In this document: positions 47,683 through 57,242 of the stretch, one piece after another
Layout of the letters: the number at the start of each line of letters is the position of its first letter
How positions within the stretch are numbered: position 1 is the stretch's first letter
Assembly: GCA_963676615.1 (NCBI GenBank)
Contig: OY781092.1
Location: 160,001 to 224,000 of the forward strand
Reading direction: 5' to 3'
DNA from: Candidatus Cloacimonadota bacterium
GTDB lineage: Bacteria > Cloacimonadota > Cloacimonadia > G963667145
Length of the DNA stretch: 64,000 nucleotides
Translations under genes and position numbers: made by a program
Notes under the pieces: generated by a model
The model's input: the letters and a program-made list of their open reading frames with translations, nothing else
Databases searched by the model: none
What the model was told of the DNA's origin: nothing

Positions 47683-48560
47683 AAGGAATTGTTTTGGCTG
47701 GCGGAAGTGGAACGAGGCTTTATCCTGTGACGCAGTCGATTTCCAAGCAGCTATTGCCAATTTACGACAAGCCAATGATTTACTATCCGATTTCGATTTT
47801 GATGCTTGCCGGGATCAAAGATATTTTGGTGATTTCCACGCCGCAAGATTTGCCGAAGTTTGAGCAAATGCTGGGCGATGGAGGCGACTTTGGCGTGAAT
47901 TTTTCGTATGTGGAGCAGCCGAGTCCCGATGGTTTGGCGCAGGCTTTCATTTTGGGGGAAGAGTTCCTCGCCGATGACGATGTTTGCTTGATTTTGGGTG
48001 ATAATATTTTTCACGGAAATGGAATCGTTGAGCTTTTGCAAAATGCCCGCAGAAATGTGGAAAATAATAAGGAAGCGACAATTTTTGGTTACTATGTTGA
48101 AGACCCAGAGCGCTATGGGATTGCCGATTTTGACGAGAATCTGAGCGTGAAAAGCATTATGGAAAAACCCGCAAATCCTGCGAACAACTATGCGATTGTG
48201 GGGCTGTATTTTTTCCCAAAGGGCGTTAGCGATGTCGCCAAAAATGTGCAGCCGTCGCCAAGGGGCGAGCTGGAGATAACTTCGGTGATTGATGCGTATT
48301 TGCAGCGGCAGAAGTTGAAGCTGGAGCTGATGGGAAGAGGGTTTGCGTGGTTGGACACGGGCACGCACCAGACGCTTTTGGAGGCGAGTTCGTATATCGA
48401 AATTTTGGAGCGTCGTCAGGGGCTGAAGGTCGCTTGCTTGGAGGAGATTGCTTATCGCCAAGGGTTTATTGACAGGGCAAAGCTGCTGGAGCAGGGGCAA
48501 AAAATGAGCAAAAACAGCTATGGGCAGTATTTGTTGAAACTGGCAGAAAAGCGGGTTTAG
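47679..48560 (+). CDS. rfbA: Glucose-1-phosphate thymidylyltransferase
   Basis: [39 protein letters not shown]. Confidence 0.97.
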   Translation: MKGIVLAGGSGTRLYPVTQSISKQLLPIYDKPMIYYPISILMLAGIKDILVISTPQDLPKFEQMLGDGGDFGVNFSYVEQPSPDGLAQAFILGEEFLADDDVCLILGDNIFHGNGIVELLQNARRNVENNKEATIFGYYVEDPERYGIADFDENLSVKSIMEKPANPANNYAIVGLYFFPKGVSDVAKNVQPSPRGELEITSVIDAYLQRQKLKLELMGRGFAWLDTGTHQTLLEASSYIEILERRQGLKVACLEEIAYRQGFIDRAKLLEQGQKMSKNSYGQYLLKLAEKRV

Positions 48561-48561
48561 T

Positions 48562-49554
48562 TTGGAAATTAATTTTAGCGAGATTGAAAAAATTTTGATA
48601 ATTGCGCCGTTTCGGTTTGGCGATGTTTTGCTAAATACTGGCTATTTGCCGTTTTTGCGCGAGAAATTTCCTACGGCTAAAATCGATTTTTTGACGCGAA
48701 TTCCGTGCCAAATGATGCTTGAGGGCAATCCAAATTTGGACGGATTTGTTTTATTTCGTAAAAGAAGAGGGCTTGCAAATTTTTGGGAGAGAGTGAAACT
48801 TTTTTGGCGTGTGCGAAAAAGGCGCTACGATTTGATTATCGACCAGACGAGGGGGACCACAGGCGGTCAGATAACTTTGTTTAGCGGGGCGAAATATCGT
48901 CTTGGTTATGCAAATTCTCGCTACAAAAGGTTTTACAATTTTTTTGGTTTTGAGGGCAAGCAGCGTTATTCTGGGGCGATGCGGTTCGATTTGCTTGAGT
49001 CTTTGGGCATTAAGGAACAGAAATTTAATTTGCATTTTACGGTGAAAGATGACGATAGAAAATATATTAAAAATTGGTTTGAAACGAACAAGCTTTTGGG
49101 TAAAAAGTTGATTGTCCTCTCGCCAGGCTCACCTGTGCCGCGCAAAATGTGGGAGCTGGATAAATATGCAAAACTTTGTGATTTGATAGTCAAAAAGCTG
49201 GGTTATGTGCCGATTCTTAGGTGGATTCCCGAAGAGCTAAAATATGTGAAGAAAGTGCAGGCTTTGGCGAAAGAAGAGGTTGTGTTGGCGCCTCCAGCGG
49301 ACTTTTCAAAGACGGGAGCTTTGCTAGAGAATTCGGTAATTTTGGTGTGTAACGATGGTGGCATCAACCATTTTAGTCAAGCGGTAGGTTGTCCGTCTTT
49401 GGCGATTTTTACCGACAGTAGCGAGACCAAAAATTGGAGTATGCAGGGAGTTTTTGAGCGTCACTGGCACATCACTGCAGAAAAGACAAATGAGCTAACC
49501 GTGGAAAAAATTTTTGCCAAGTTGCAAAGTTGCTTGCAAGAGATTAAAAAGTAG
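48562..49554 (+). CDS. Glycosyltransferase family 9
   Basis: FGDVLL, SPGS....KMW, CNDGG..H. Confidence 0.88.
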   Translation: MEINFSEIEKILIIAPFRFGDVLLNTGYLPFLREKFPTAKIDFLTRIPCQMMLEGNPNLDGFVLFRKRRGLANFWERVKLFWRVRKRRYDLIIDQTRGTTGGQITLFSGAKYRLGYANSRYKRFYNFFGFEGKQRYSGAMRFDLLESLGIKEQKFNLHFTVKDDDRKYIKNWFETNKLLGKKLIVLSPGSPVPRKMWELDKYAKLCDLIVKKLGYVPILRWIPEELKYVKKVQALAKEEVVLAPPADFSKTGALLENSVILVCNDGGINHFSQAVGCPSLAIFTDSSETKNWSMQGVFERHWHITAEKTNELTVEKIFAKLQSCLQEIKK

Positions 49555-49845
49555 ATGATGGAAAAATATTTAGAAGTGGTCAAGAAGATTGTGTTGCAAG
49601 AGGTAAATGGGACGACAAGAGTTTTTTTGTTCGGATCAAGAGCTTATGGCGATTTTAAGCCTTTTTCTGATGCTGATGTTGGTTTATTGGATAGTGAGGG
49701 CATAAGTCCAGCAGTTATTGCGTCTATTGAAAATAATTTGAATGAGTCTTGTGTGCCTTACAAAGTGGATTTGGTAGATTTTAGTAAAGTAAGTGAAAAA
49801 TTTAAAGATGAGGCAATGAAAAAAATTGTAGTATGGCAAGATTAG
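49555..49845 (+). CDS. Minimal nucleotidyltransferase (MNT)
   Basis: LFGSRAYG....SDADVG, PYKVDLVD. Confidence 0.88.
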   Translation: MMEKYLEVVKKIVLQEVNGTTRVFLFGSRAYGDFKPFSDADVGLLDSEGISPAVIASIENNLNESCVPYKVDLVDFSKVSEKFKDEAMKKIVVWQD

Positions 49846-50246
49846 AAAAAGAAAAATTGGCTATATTGTCTGAGGCCGTGAGAGGTTTTAGCTCTGCGCT
49901 TTCGTTATCGATGGTAGATTTGAATGATGAGGTAAAAGAGTTGGTAAATAATGGAAAGATTCAAAAATTTGAGTATTGCGTAGAACTTTTGTGGAAAAAT
50001 ATTAAGATTTTTTTATTCGATATTGAGGGAATTGACATCAAAAGTCCCAAGGCGGCGATTAAGGAGTTTTATGCCACAAGATATTTTGGTGAGCAAGATT
50101 ATTTGCTTGCCTTACAAATGATTGATGATCGGAACTTGCTGAGCCATATTTATAGGCAGGAAGTTTTTTCTGAAATTTTGGGTAAATTGGATAAATATTG
50201 TGAATTGATGGGAAAAGTAGTGAAGATTTTACGGAAACAAAAATGA
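49833..50246 (+). CDS. HI0074-type HEPN / nucleotidyltransferase substrate-binding protein
   Basis: IQKFEYCVELLWK, SPK, RNLLSHIY (RX4HXY). Confidence 0.88.
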   Translation: MARLEKEKLAILSEAVRGFSSALSLSMVDLNDEVKELVNNGKIQKFEYCVELLWKNIKIFLFDIEGIDIKSPKAAIKEFYATRYFGEQDYLLALQMIDDRNLLSHIYRQEVFSEILGKLDKYCELMGKVVKILRKQK

Positions 50247-51007
50247 ATAAATTGTCGGTTGTAATTTTGGTGAAAAATGGGATGCCTATTTTGGCGCAGA
50301 CGCTCAAATCTGTGGAGTGGGCAGACGAAATTTTGGTGGTAGATTCTGGTTCGAGTGACGCATCAATTGCCGAATGTGAGAAGTATGAAAATTGCAAAGT
50401 CGTTACAACGCCTTGGCTAGGATTTGGCAAAACTCACCATTTTGGCGTTGAGAGCGCAAAATTTGACAACATTTTTAATGTCGATCAGGACGAGGTCGTG
50501 ACAGATGCACTGAAAGAAAAAATTTTGACTTTGCTGGCAGAGGGTGAGCTAGACAAGGTTTACCGAATTAAAAGGGAAACTTTTTATTTGACCAAGATTA
50601 TAAAGCATTGCTGGAGTGGCGATTATCCCACGCGCGTCTTCAATAGAAAATATGCCAATTTTGTGGACGAAGCTGTTCCGCATGAGTATGTCGTCAGTGA
50701 TTTGCCCGCAGAAAAAATCCAGGAACTTTTGGTTCACAAGTGCTATCCGAGCCTTAATTTGCATTTGCAGAAAATCAATTTTTACACCGAAAATGGAGCA
50801 AAATTTTTGCATAAAAAGGGCAAAAAAAGTGGACTTTTGAAAGCTTTTTTTCACGGTGGATTTATGTTTTTTAAAATGTTTTTTTTGCGTTTGGGATTTT
50901 TGGACGGAAAAGTTGGTTTTGTCTTGAGTCTAAACTCTGCGTTTTATGTTTATCTGAAATATATCAAACTTTGGCAGTTTGGCAAAGGAGCAGGACTGGA
51001 TGGCTAA
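50243..51007 (+). CDS. Glycosyltransferase family 2 (WaaE/KdtX-like LPS core transferase)
   Basis: WADEILVVDSGSSD, W.GFG, D.DE, HE, GFLDG..G. Confidence 0.88.
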   Translation: MNKLSVVILVKNGMPILAQTLKSVEWADEILVVDSGSSDASIAECEKYENCKVVTTPWLGFGKTHHFGVESAKFDNIFNVDQDEVVTDALKEKILTLLAEGELDKVYRIKRETFYLTKIIKHCWSGDYPTRVFNRKYANFVDEAVPHEYVVSDLPAEKIQELLVHKCYPSLNLHLQKINFYTENGAKFLHKKGKKSGLLKAFFHGGFMFFKMFFLRLGFLDGKVGFVLSLNSAFYVYLKYIKLWQFGKGAGLDG

Positions 51008-51362
51008 GATTGTTCAGTTGCCGACGCACAAAGATGCTCGGGGAAATTTGACGGTTATCGAGAAAATTTTGCCGTTTGAGGTGAAGCGAGTGTTTTTTTT
51101 GCACGGAATGTCGGATAAGCCAAGGGGATCTCACAAGCATCATCAGCTGTATGAGGCGATTGTTTGTTTGCAGGGCGAGTTCACAATGAGAATAAAAAAT
51201 AAAAACGGGCAGGACGAAATTTTTTTGCTGGATTCGCCCGAAATGTGCCTTTTGGTGCCGCCAGAAGATTTTAGAATTTTGGAATCTTTTAGCGACGATT
51301 GCCTTATTTTGGCTCTGGCTTCGTGTGAATTTGACCCCGAAGATTATATTTATGAGGTTTAA
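51000..51362 (+). CDS. FdtA/QdtA-family sugar 3,4-ketoisomerase (cupin)
   Basis: DARGNL..IE, PFEVKRVF, RGSHKH, LALAS..FD..DY. Confidence 0.88.
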   Translation: MAKIVQLPTHKDARGNLTVIEKILPFEVKRVFFLHGMSDKPRGSHKHHQLYEAIVCLQGEFTMRIKNKNGQDEIFLLDSPEMCLLVPPEDFRILESFSDDCLILALASCEFDPEDYIYEV

Positions 51363-51365
51363 AAA

Positions 51366-52460
51366 ATGATCGAGTTTGAAAATTTGCAAAGACTCAATGA
51401 GCCTTTTTTTGCGGAATATTCTAAATCTTTTGAGCAAACTTTGCAAAGCGGTTGGTATATTTTGGGGAAAAATCTAGAAAAATTTGAAGCTGAGTTTGCC
51501 AAATATAATGGTGCAAAATTTTGCGTTGGTGTTGCCTCTGGTTTGGATGCGCTTTTTTTGAGCCTAAAGGCTTTGCAGCTGCCAGAAAAATCGGAAGTAC
51601 TTGTGCCGTCCAACACCTATATCGCCTCGATTTTGGCGATTGTGCAGGCAAATCTTGTGCCAGTTTTGGTGGAGCCAGATCAGGATTCGTGCAATATAAA
51701 TCCTTCTCAAATTGAAACGGCGATTACTCCCAAAACCAAGGCGATTATGCCCGTGCATCTTTATGGCAAGGTTTGTCAGATGGATAAAATTGTCGAGATT
51801 GCCCAAAAGCACAATTTAAAAATCGTGGAAGATTGCGCTCAGGCTCACGGGGCGACTTTTAAGGGGCAAAAAGCAGGAACTTTTGGTGATTTGGGAGCGT
51901 TTAGTTTTTATCCCACAAAAAATCTAGGAGCTTTGGGTGATGCTGGTGGAATAATTACCGACGACGAAAATTTGGCAGATAGGCTGCGAGTGTTGCGCAA
52001 TTACGGCTCTTGTGTTAAATATAAAAACGAGGTGGTTGGCTACAATTCGAGGTTGGACGAGATGCAAGCGGGATTTTTGTCGGTGAAGCTGAAAAATTTG
52101 GACAAAATCAACGCTCACAAAAGAGAGTTGGCAAAAATTTATTTGGGCAAGCTACGCAAAGAGTATGTTTTGCCCAGCGTTGAGGAAGATTTTTTTGATG
52201 TCTATCACATTTTCAACATTCGGCATAAGCGTCGTAACGAGTTGCAAAATTATCTTGAGAAAAATGGCGTTTTGAGCGGCATTCACTATCCGATTGCGCC
52301 CGCAAATCAAAAAGCTTTGGCAAATTATTTTGATGCAAAATATCCAATTGCCGAAAAAATCCATCAGCAGACACTCAGTTTGCCGTTGTCGTATTTTCAC
52401 ACAAAAGATGAGATAGAAAAGGTTGCCGAGCTTGTAAATCGGTTTTTGGATGAAGCCTAA
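51366..52460 (+). CDS. DegT/DnrJ-family sugar aminotransferase (FdtB/QdtB-like)
   Basis: [40 protein letters not shown]. Confidence 0.92.
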   Translation: MIEFENLQRLNEPFFAEYSKSFEQTLQSGWYILGKNLEKFEAEFAKYNGAKFCVGVASGLDALFLSLKALQLPEKSEVLVPSNTYIASILAIVQANLVPVLVEPDQDSCNINPSQIETAITPKTKAIMPVHLYGKVCQMDKIVEIAQKHNLKIVEDCAQAHGATFKGQKAGTFGDLGAFSFYPTKNLGALGDAGGIITDDENLADRLRVLRNYGSCVKYKNEVVGYNSRLDEMQAGFLSVKLKNLDKINAHKRELAKIYLGKLRKEYVLPSVEEDFFDVYHIFNIRHKRRNELQNYLEKNGVLSGIHYPIAPANQKALANYFDAKYPIAEKIHQQTLSLPLSYFHTKDEIEKVAELVNRFLDEA

Positions 52461-53541
52461 AGTTCTGCATATCGACACTGAACGCTCGTGGAGAGGCGGG
52501 CAGCGTCAAGCGACTTATCTTTTTGAGTCGTTGTTTCGGCAGGGTTTTCAGACGAAAATGGTTTGTCGTCCGCAATCAAAGTTGGAAGATTTTTGCAAAG
52601 AGCGTGGTTTACCGTTTTATGCGATTCCGATGAAAAACGAGTTTTGCATATTCTCGGCGTTAAAAATAGCGAAAATTTGCAAAAAAGAGAAGTTTGCTAT
52701 TGCTCATTTGCATTCTGCGCATGCGATTGCCGTTGGTTTTTGGCTCAAAATTTTTTATCCTCAGATTAAGTTAATTGGCGTTCGTCGGGTCGATTTTCAC
52801 TTGAAAAAAAACTTTTTTAGCAAATTAAAATACGCAAAATTGGATAAGTTGGTTTGCATTTCCAAAGGAATCGAAAATGTCGTCAGGGACGATGGTTATG
52901 CGAACACTAAGGTGATATATAGCGGAATAAATTTGGCAAGGTTTGCAAACGATGAGCCGCAAGATATTTGTAAGGAATTTGGTTTCCAAAAAAATAATTT
53001 GGTCGTGGGAACGGTAGCGGCGTTGGTTGGTCACAAAGATTATCCAAATTTATTGCAGGCTGCGAAAATTGTTTGCCAAAAGAAGCCAGATGTCTCTTTT
53101 TTGGCTGTTGGTGAGGGGAAGTTGGCGCAGCAGATGCAAGATTTGCACAAAAGTTTGGATTTGGGCAATCGCTTTGTTTTTGCGGGATTTAGGGGTAATG
53201 TTGGCAGTTATCTAAAAAGTTTTGATATTTTTGTTCTTGCCTCGCATTTGGAAGGTCTCGGCACTTCGATTTTGGATGCTCAATCGCTTGGATTGCCTGT
53301 GGTTGCTTGTGCTAGCGGAGGTATTCCCGAAGCTGTTTTTGATAACGAAAATGGTTTGCTCGTTCCCAAAAAAACGCCAGAAAAACTCGCAGAAGCAATT
53401 TTGAAATTATTGGAAAGCGAAAAACTGCGTGACCAATTTGGGCAGAGGGCTAGGCAGACGGTGCAAAAATTTGACATAAAAAATACGGTGGCAAAAAATA
53501 TTGAGCTTTATCGCAAACTCCTAGACGAGCGGCGGATTTGA
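52450..53541 (+). CDS. Glycosyltransferase family 4
   Basis: [22 protein letters not shown]...GLPVV, GGIPE. Confidence 0.9.
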   Translation: MKPKVLHIDTERSWRGGQRQATYLFESLFRQGFQTKMVCRPQSKLEDFCKERGLPFYAIPMKNEFCIFSALKIAKICKKEKFAIAHLHSAHAIAVGFWLKIFYPQIKLIGVRRVDFHLKKNFFSKLKYAKLDKLVCISKGIENVVRDDGYANTKVIYSGINLARFANDEPQDICKEFGFQKNNLVVGTVAALVGHKDYPNLLQAAKIVCQKKPDVSFLAVGEGKLAQQMQDLHKSLDLGNRFVFAGFRGNVGSYLKSFDIFVLASHLEGLGTSILDAQSLGLPVVACASGGIPEAVFDNENGLLVPKKTPEKLAEAILKLLESEKLRDQFGQRARQTVQKFDIKNTVAKNIELYRKLLDERRI

Positions 53542-54404
53542 GCTGGTTTTTCTACACTTTGCTGACTTTGTTTTGCTACGGTTTTTTCGACTTTTTTTAT
53601 AAGGTGGCGGCTAATCACGATTGCAGGTCTTCTAAAATTTTGCAGTTTTCTTCGCTGACGGTGGCGATTTTTTCTCTGCTGACGATTTTATTTTTGCAAG
53701 GCGGATTTTTGCGCCCAAAGGCGATTTTGCTCTATGCGTTTATTAACTCCACATTTTTTGCAATCGGCATTATCTGCAAACTTTCGGCGCTGAAAAAAGC
53801 TCCCGCGGGCATTATTTTCCCCATCACGAAAATCAACTCGATTTTTTTGATTTTAATCGCGGTGCTTTTTTTGGGCGAGTCGCTTTTGATGCGGCAATGG
53901 CTGGGGGTTGCGCTCTCTTTTTTGATGGTGGTTTACATCAACTTTAATCTCAAAGACGAGGTAGAAAACGCGAAAAAGTTTTCTGGCAGGATGCAGAGGC
54001 AAGGCGTTTTTTTGGCAATTTTGGCGGCGATTTCCACGGCGATTTCGATGCTCACGGGCAAATTGGCGGTTGCGCAGGTGCAGATTTTTTCGTATATGTT
54101 TGCCTCCTATTTTTTGGTGTGGTGCAATTCATTTTGGCTGGGTCGCCTGGAGAAAGTAAATTCTTGCGCCTCTTTTGCTGAGCTGAAGTTCGGGCTGATT
54201 ATTGGCGTTTTGAATTTTGCGGGCTATTTTTGTTTTTTGAAATCGGTGCAGCTGGGACCTCTTGCGCTGGTGCAAGGCATTAACTCCAATGTGTTTATCA
54301 TTCCGATTTTGCTTTCGGTTTTGATTTACAAGGAGAGGTTCGATTTTCGCAAATTTCTGATTTTGATTTTGACGCTTGCGTGTATTTTCTTGATAAAAAG
54401 TTAG
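53538..54404 (+). CDS. EamA/DMT-family transporter
   Basis: About 10 TM segments in two halves, LFLGE and IYKE motifs. Confidence 0.8.
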   Translation: MSWFFYTLLTLFCYGFFDFFYKVAANHDCRSSKILQFSSLTVAIFSLLTILFLQGGFLRPKAILLYAFINSTFFAIGIICKLSALKKAPAGIIFPITKINSIFLILIAVLFLGESLLMRQWLGVALSFLMVVYINFNLKDEVENAKKFSGRMQRQGVFLAILAAISTAISMLTGKLAVAQVQIFSYMFASYFLVWCNSFWLGRLEKVNSCASFAELKFGLIIGVLNFAGYFCFLKSVQLGPLALVQGINSNVFIIPILLSVLIYKERFDFRKFLILILTLACIFLIKS

Positions 54405-54512
54405 ATAGCGAGTTTGCGTTTTGCCGAGCATTTTTGTGGTTGACAATTATTTTAATTTTCCAAAAAGGTAATAGAAATTATCCTGAAAAAAAATGGAATT
54501 TAAGGAGAGAAA

Positions 54513-55679
54513 ATGAAAAAGGTGATGAAAACTTTTTTAGTTTTGAGTTTGCTTGGGTTTTTTGCGTGTAATAAAAAAAGCGGTGATTTGGTGCTGGCGT
54601 CGTCTGCTGGTGTGCAGGTGAACTCTTCGGTGATTGAGAAGATTTTGCAAGATTTGCCGGAGCAAAGCAAGTCTGAGCTGGAAAATAGCAAACAGGCGAT
54701 GGAAGATTTTGTGATGAACACCGCAACGCAGCTGGCGTCAATCGACATTATTGCCAAAAAGGCGAAAGAGGCGGGCGTGGAAGATGGGCAGGATTATAAG
54801 ACGCGTTTGAGTTTGGGAGAGCAGGAGCTGCTTATTCGGATTTTTGTAGCGCAGAAGTTTACGGCGAAAGAGGAAGATTTGAGCGATGAGCAGTTGCGGG
54901 CTGAATATGATAAGATTAAGGCGACTCGCTCGAAAGAGGAGCTGAAGAATTTCCCAGAGTTTGAAGCGGTGAAGGCTAGAATTAAACAGCAGCTGGTTTC
55001 GCAAAAGGCGCAGGAGCAGTTTCAGGCTTTTGTTGCGCCGCTGACAGCGAAGGTGGAGATTGATCAGGCGAATGTTGCCAAGGTTGCCGACGATTTTTAC
55101 AAGGGTAAAGATTTGGACGATAAGGTGGTGATTTCCAAGGTTGGCGATGCGTCGATTACTGTGGGCGATTTGCTTTTGTCGCTTGGGGATATTTCGCTGG
55201 AGGATGTCAGAAAGCAGGTGAAGAGTAAGCAAGAGGCGGAGCAGTTTTTTGCGAAGTCGGCGGAAAATTTGGGCGTTAATGTGCAGATCGAGCAGATTGC
55301 CAAGGATGAGGGAGTTGAAAAGAGTGAGCAGTTTGCCGCGGAGTTGAAAGAGATCGAGAAGATTTTGCTGGTGAATATTTATTTGCAGGACGAGCTTTTT
55401 GCGGATTTGCAGGTGGATGATGCGCAGGTGAAGGCGGAGTATGAGAAGATTAAGGCGAGCAACAAAGATTTGGGCCCGCTGAGCGAGGTTGCGGACAGGA
55501 TCAAGGCGCAGCTGCTGGCGGTGGAGCAGGAGAGATTGGTGATGGGATATTTGGAGACACTTAAGGCTGAAATCGAGTTGAACAGGGCGGCGATTGACGA
55601 TTTTGTGTATCAAAATTTGAGCAAGGACGCCAAAGACGCTTGGGACGACGAAAAGGGTGATGAGGCTAGCGAAAAGTAG
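54513..55679 (+). CDS. Lipoprotein with tandem PrsA/SurA-like chaperone domains, no parvulin domain
   Basis: Lipobox FFAC; internal duplication AK..GVE / AEY.KIKA / ..V..RIK.QL. Confidence 0.6.
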   Translation: MKKVMKTFLVLSLLGFFACNKKSGDLVLASSAGVQVNSSVIEKILQDLPEQSKSELENSKQAMEDFVMNTATQLASIDIIAKKAKEAGVEDGQDYKTRLSLGEQELLIRIFVAQKFTAKEEDLSDEQLRAEYDKIKATRSKEELKNFPEFEAVKARIKQQLVSQKAQEQFQAFVAPLTAKVEIDQANVAKVADDFYKGKDLDDKVVISKVGDASITVGDLLLSLGDISLEDVRKQVKSKQEAEQFFAKSAENLGVNVQIEQIAKDEGVEKSEQFAAELKEIEKILLVNIYLQDELFADLQVDDAQVKAEYEKIKASNKDLGPLSEVADRIKAQLLAVEQERLVMGYLETLKAEIELNRAAIDDFVYQNLSKDAKDAWDDEKGDEASEK

Positions 55680-55713
55680 GGTTTCGCGCTTTTTTTTGAA
55701 AAAAAATACGATA

Positions 55714-56133
55714 ATGGGCAAGGTAGTTTTTACTAACGGTTGTTTCGATTTGTTGCATGCTGGGCATGTGGCGTATCTGCAAGAGGCGGCGTCGCTGGGC
55801 GATTTTTTGATTGTGGGGCTCAATAGCGACGAGTCGGTCAGGCGGCTCAAAGGAGATTTGCGTCCGATAAATCCGCAGAATGAGCGAAAAGCGGTGCTCG
55901 AGGGTTTGGCGTGCGTGGATAAAGTGGTTATTTTTGAGGAAGATACGCCGCTTCAGTTGATCGAGCAAATCAAGCCAGATGTGCTGGTGAAAGGCGGTGA
56001 TTGGAGCCCAGAGCAGATTGTGGGCAGCGATTTTGTCCTTGCCCGAGGTGGACAGGTGCGGAGTCTTCGGTTTGTGCAGGGGTTGTCTTCGACGAATATG
56101 ATCGAAAAAATTTTGCAGGCGTATGGAAGATAA
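55714..56133 (+). CDS. rfaE2: D-glycero-beta-D-manno-heptose 1-phosphate adenylyltransferase
   Basis: [33 protein letters not shown]. Confidence 0.93.
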   Translation: MGKVVFTNGCFDLLHAGHVAYLQEAASLGDFLIVGLNSDESVRRLKGDLRPINPQNERKAVLEGLACVDKVVIFEEDTPLQLIEQIKPDVLVKGGDWSPEQIVGSDFVLARGGQVRSLRFVQGLSSTNMIEKILQAYGR

Positions 56134-56512
56134 TCAAGAGTATGGCGTTGTGCGAGCGCGCAGCGGAAATAGCTATACGCTGGAGCTTGGCAACGAGGGA
56201 GGCTGTCACGGCTGTCTTTTGGCTGGAGTTTGTAATCATCAGAACAAGACGGTCGAGGTGCAATCGGAGCTAGATTTGTCTTTGGGGCAAAAAGTGGCTC
56301 TGGAGGTGAAGCCGAGCGACAGGATTTTGTCGTCGTTTGTGATTTTTGTGGTGCCGATTGTTTTGATGATAATTTTTTATTTTTTGGGTGGTTTGTTTCT
56401 GGATTTTGAATCTGGGCAAATCATCTTTTCGTTTGTTGGCTTGGCTTTTGGTGGTTTGCTTATTTGGCTGATCGACAAGCGCGCGAAGATTGAAGTGGAG
56501 ATAAGAAAATGA
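56123..56512 (+). CDS. RseC/MucC-family membrane protein
   Basis: C..C.....C motif followed by two C-terminal TM segments with F.VP. Confidence 0.8.
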   Translation: MEDNQEYGVVRARSGNSYTLELGNEGGCHGCLLAGVCNHQNKTVEVQSELDLSLGQKVALEVKPSDRILSSFVIFVVPIVLMIIFYFLGGLFLDFESGQIIFSFVGLAFGGLLIWLIDKRAKIEVEIRK

Positions 56513-57231
56513 TAGCGACGATTATTTTGGCTGCTGGCAAAGGCACTCGGATGGACTCGCCTTTGCCGAAAGTGGCGATAGATTTTTTGGGGAAGCCGAT
56601 GATTTGTCGGGTGATAGAGGTCGCTCAAGATTTCGGCAGTCAAAAAATTTGTGTGGTGGTTGGCTACAAAAAAGAGGTTGTGCAGTCGGTGGTTTGTGCG
56701 CCTGTCGATTTTGTGGAGCAGCAGCAGCAGCTGGGCACAGGCGATGCGGTGAATGTGTGCGGGCAGGTTTTGCAAGATTTTGCGGGGACTGTAGTTGTGC
56801 TGTGCGGCGATACGCCAGTTTTGAGCGCCAAGACGATTTCGCATCTGATCGAACATCACTGCGCGGGCGAATATAAATGCACTGTTTTGACGGCGAAGAT
56901 GGACGACCCAGCCAGCTATGGGCGCATTGTGCGTGATTCCGCTGGTGAGCTGGACAGAATCGTGGAGTATAAAGATGCGTCGGACGAAATTCGTCGCTTG
57001 CAGGAGATAAACAGCGGGATTTACTGCTTCGAGGCGAAGTTTTTGTTTCGGGCGTTGCAATCGGTGAACAGTGATAACGCTCAGGGCGAGTATTATCTAA
57101 CCGACACGATTGCCATTCTCAAATCTCAAGGGCACAAAGTCGGCGCCTTCGTTTGCCAAAATCCGCTGGAGATAACGGGCGTTAACTCGATGGCGGAGCT
57201 AAAAGAGCTGGAGAAAAGTTACAAAGCGTAG
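56509..57231 (+). CDS. Stand-alone GlmU-type uridyltransferase domain (no acetyltransferase domain)
   Basis: LAAGKGTRM.S.LPK, QLGTG.AV, YGRIVR, IVE.KDA, EINSG, GEYYLTD, GVN; ends before the hexapeptide domain. Confidence 0.85.
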   Translation: MIATIILAAGKGTRMDSPLPKVAIDFLGKPMICRVIEVAQDFGSQKICVVVGYKKEVVQSVVCAPVDFVEQQQQLGTGDAVNVCGQVLQDFAGTVVVLCGDTPVLSAKTISHLIEHHCAGEYKCTVLTAKMDDPASYGRIVRDSAGELDRIVEYKDASDEIRRLQEINSGIYCFEAKFLFRALQSVNSDNAQGEYYLTDTIAILKSQGHKVGAFVCQNPLEITGVNSMAELKELEKSYKA

Positions 57232-57242
57232 CTTTTTTTATT

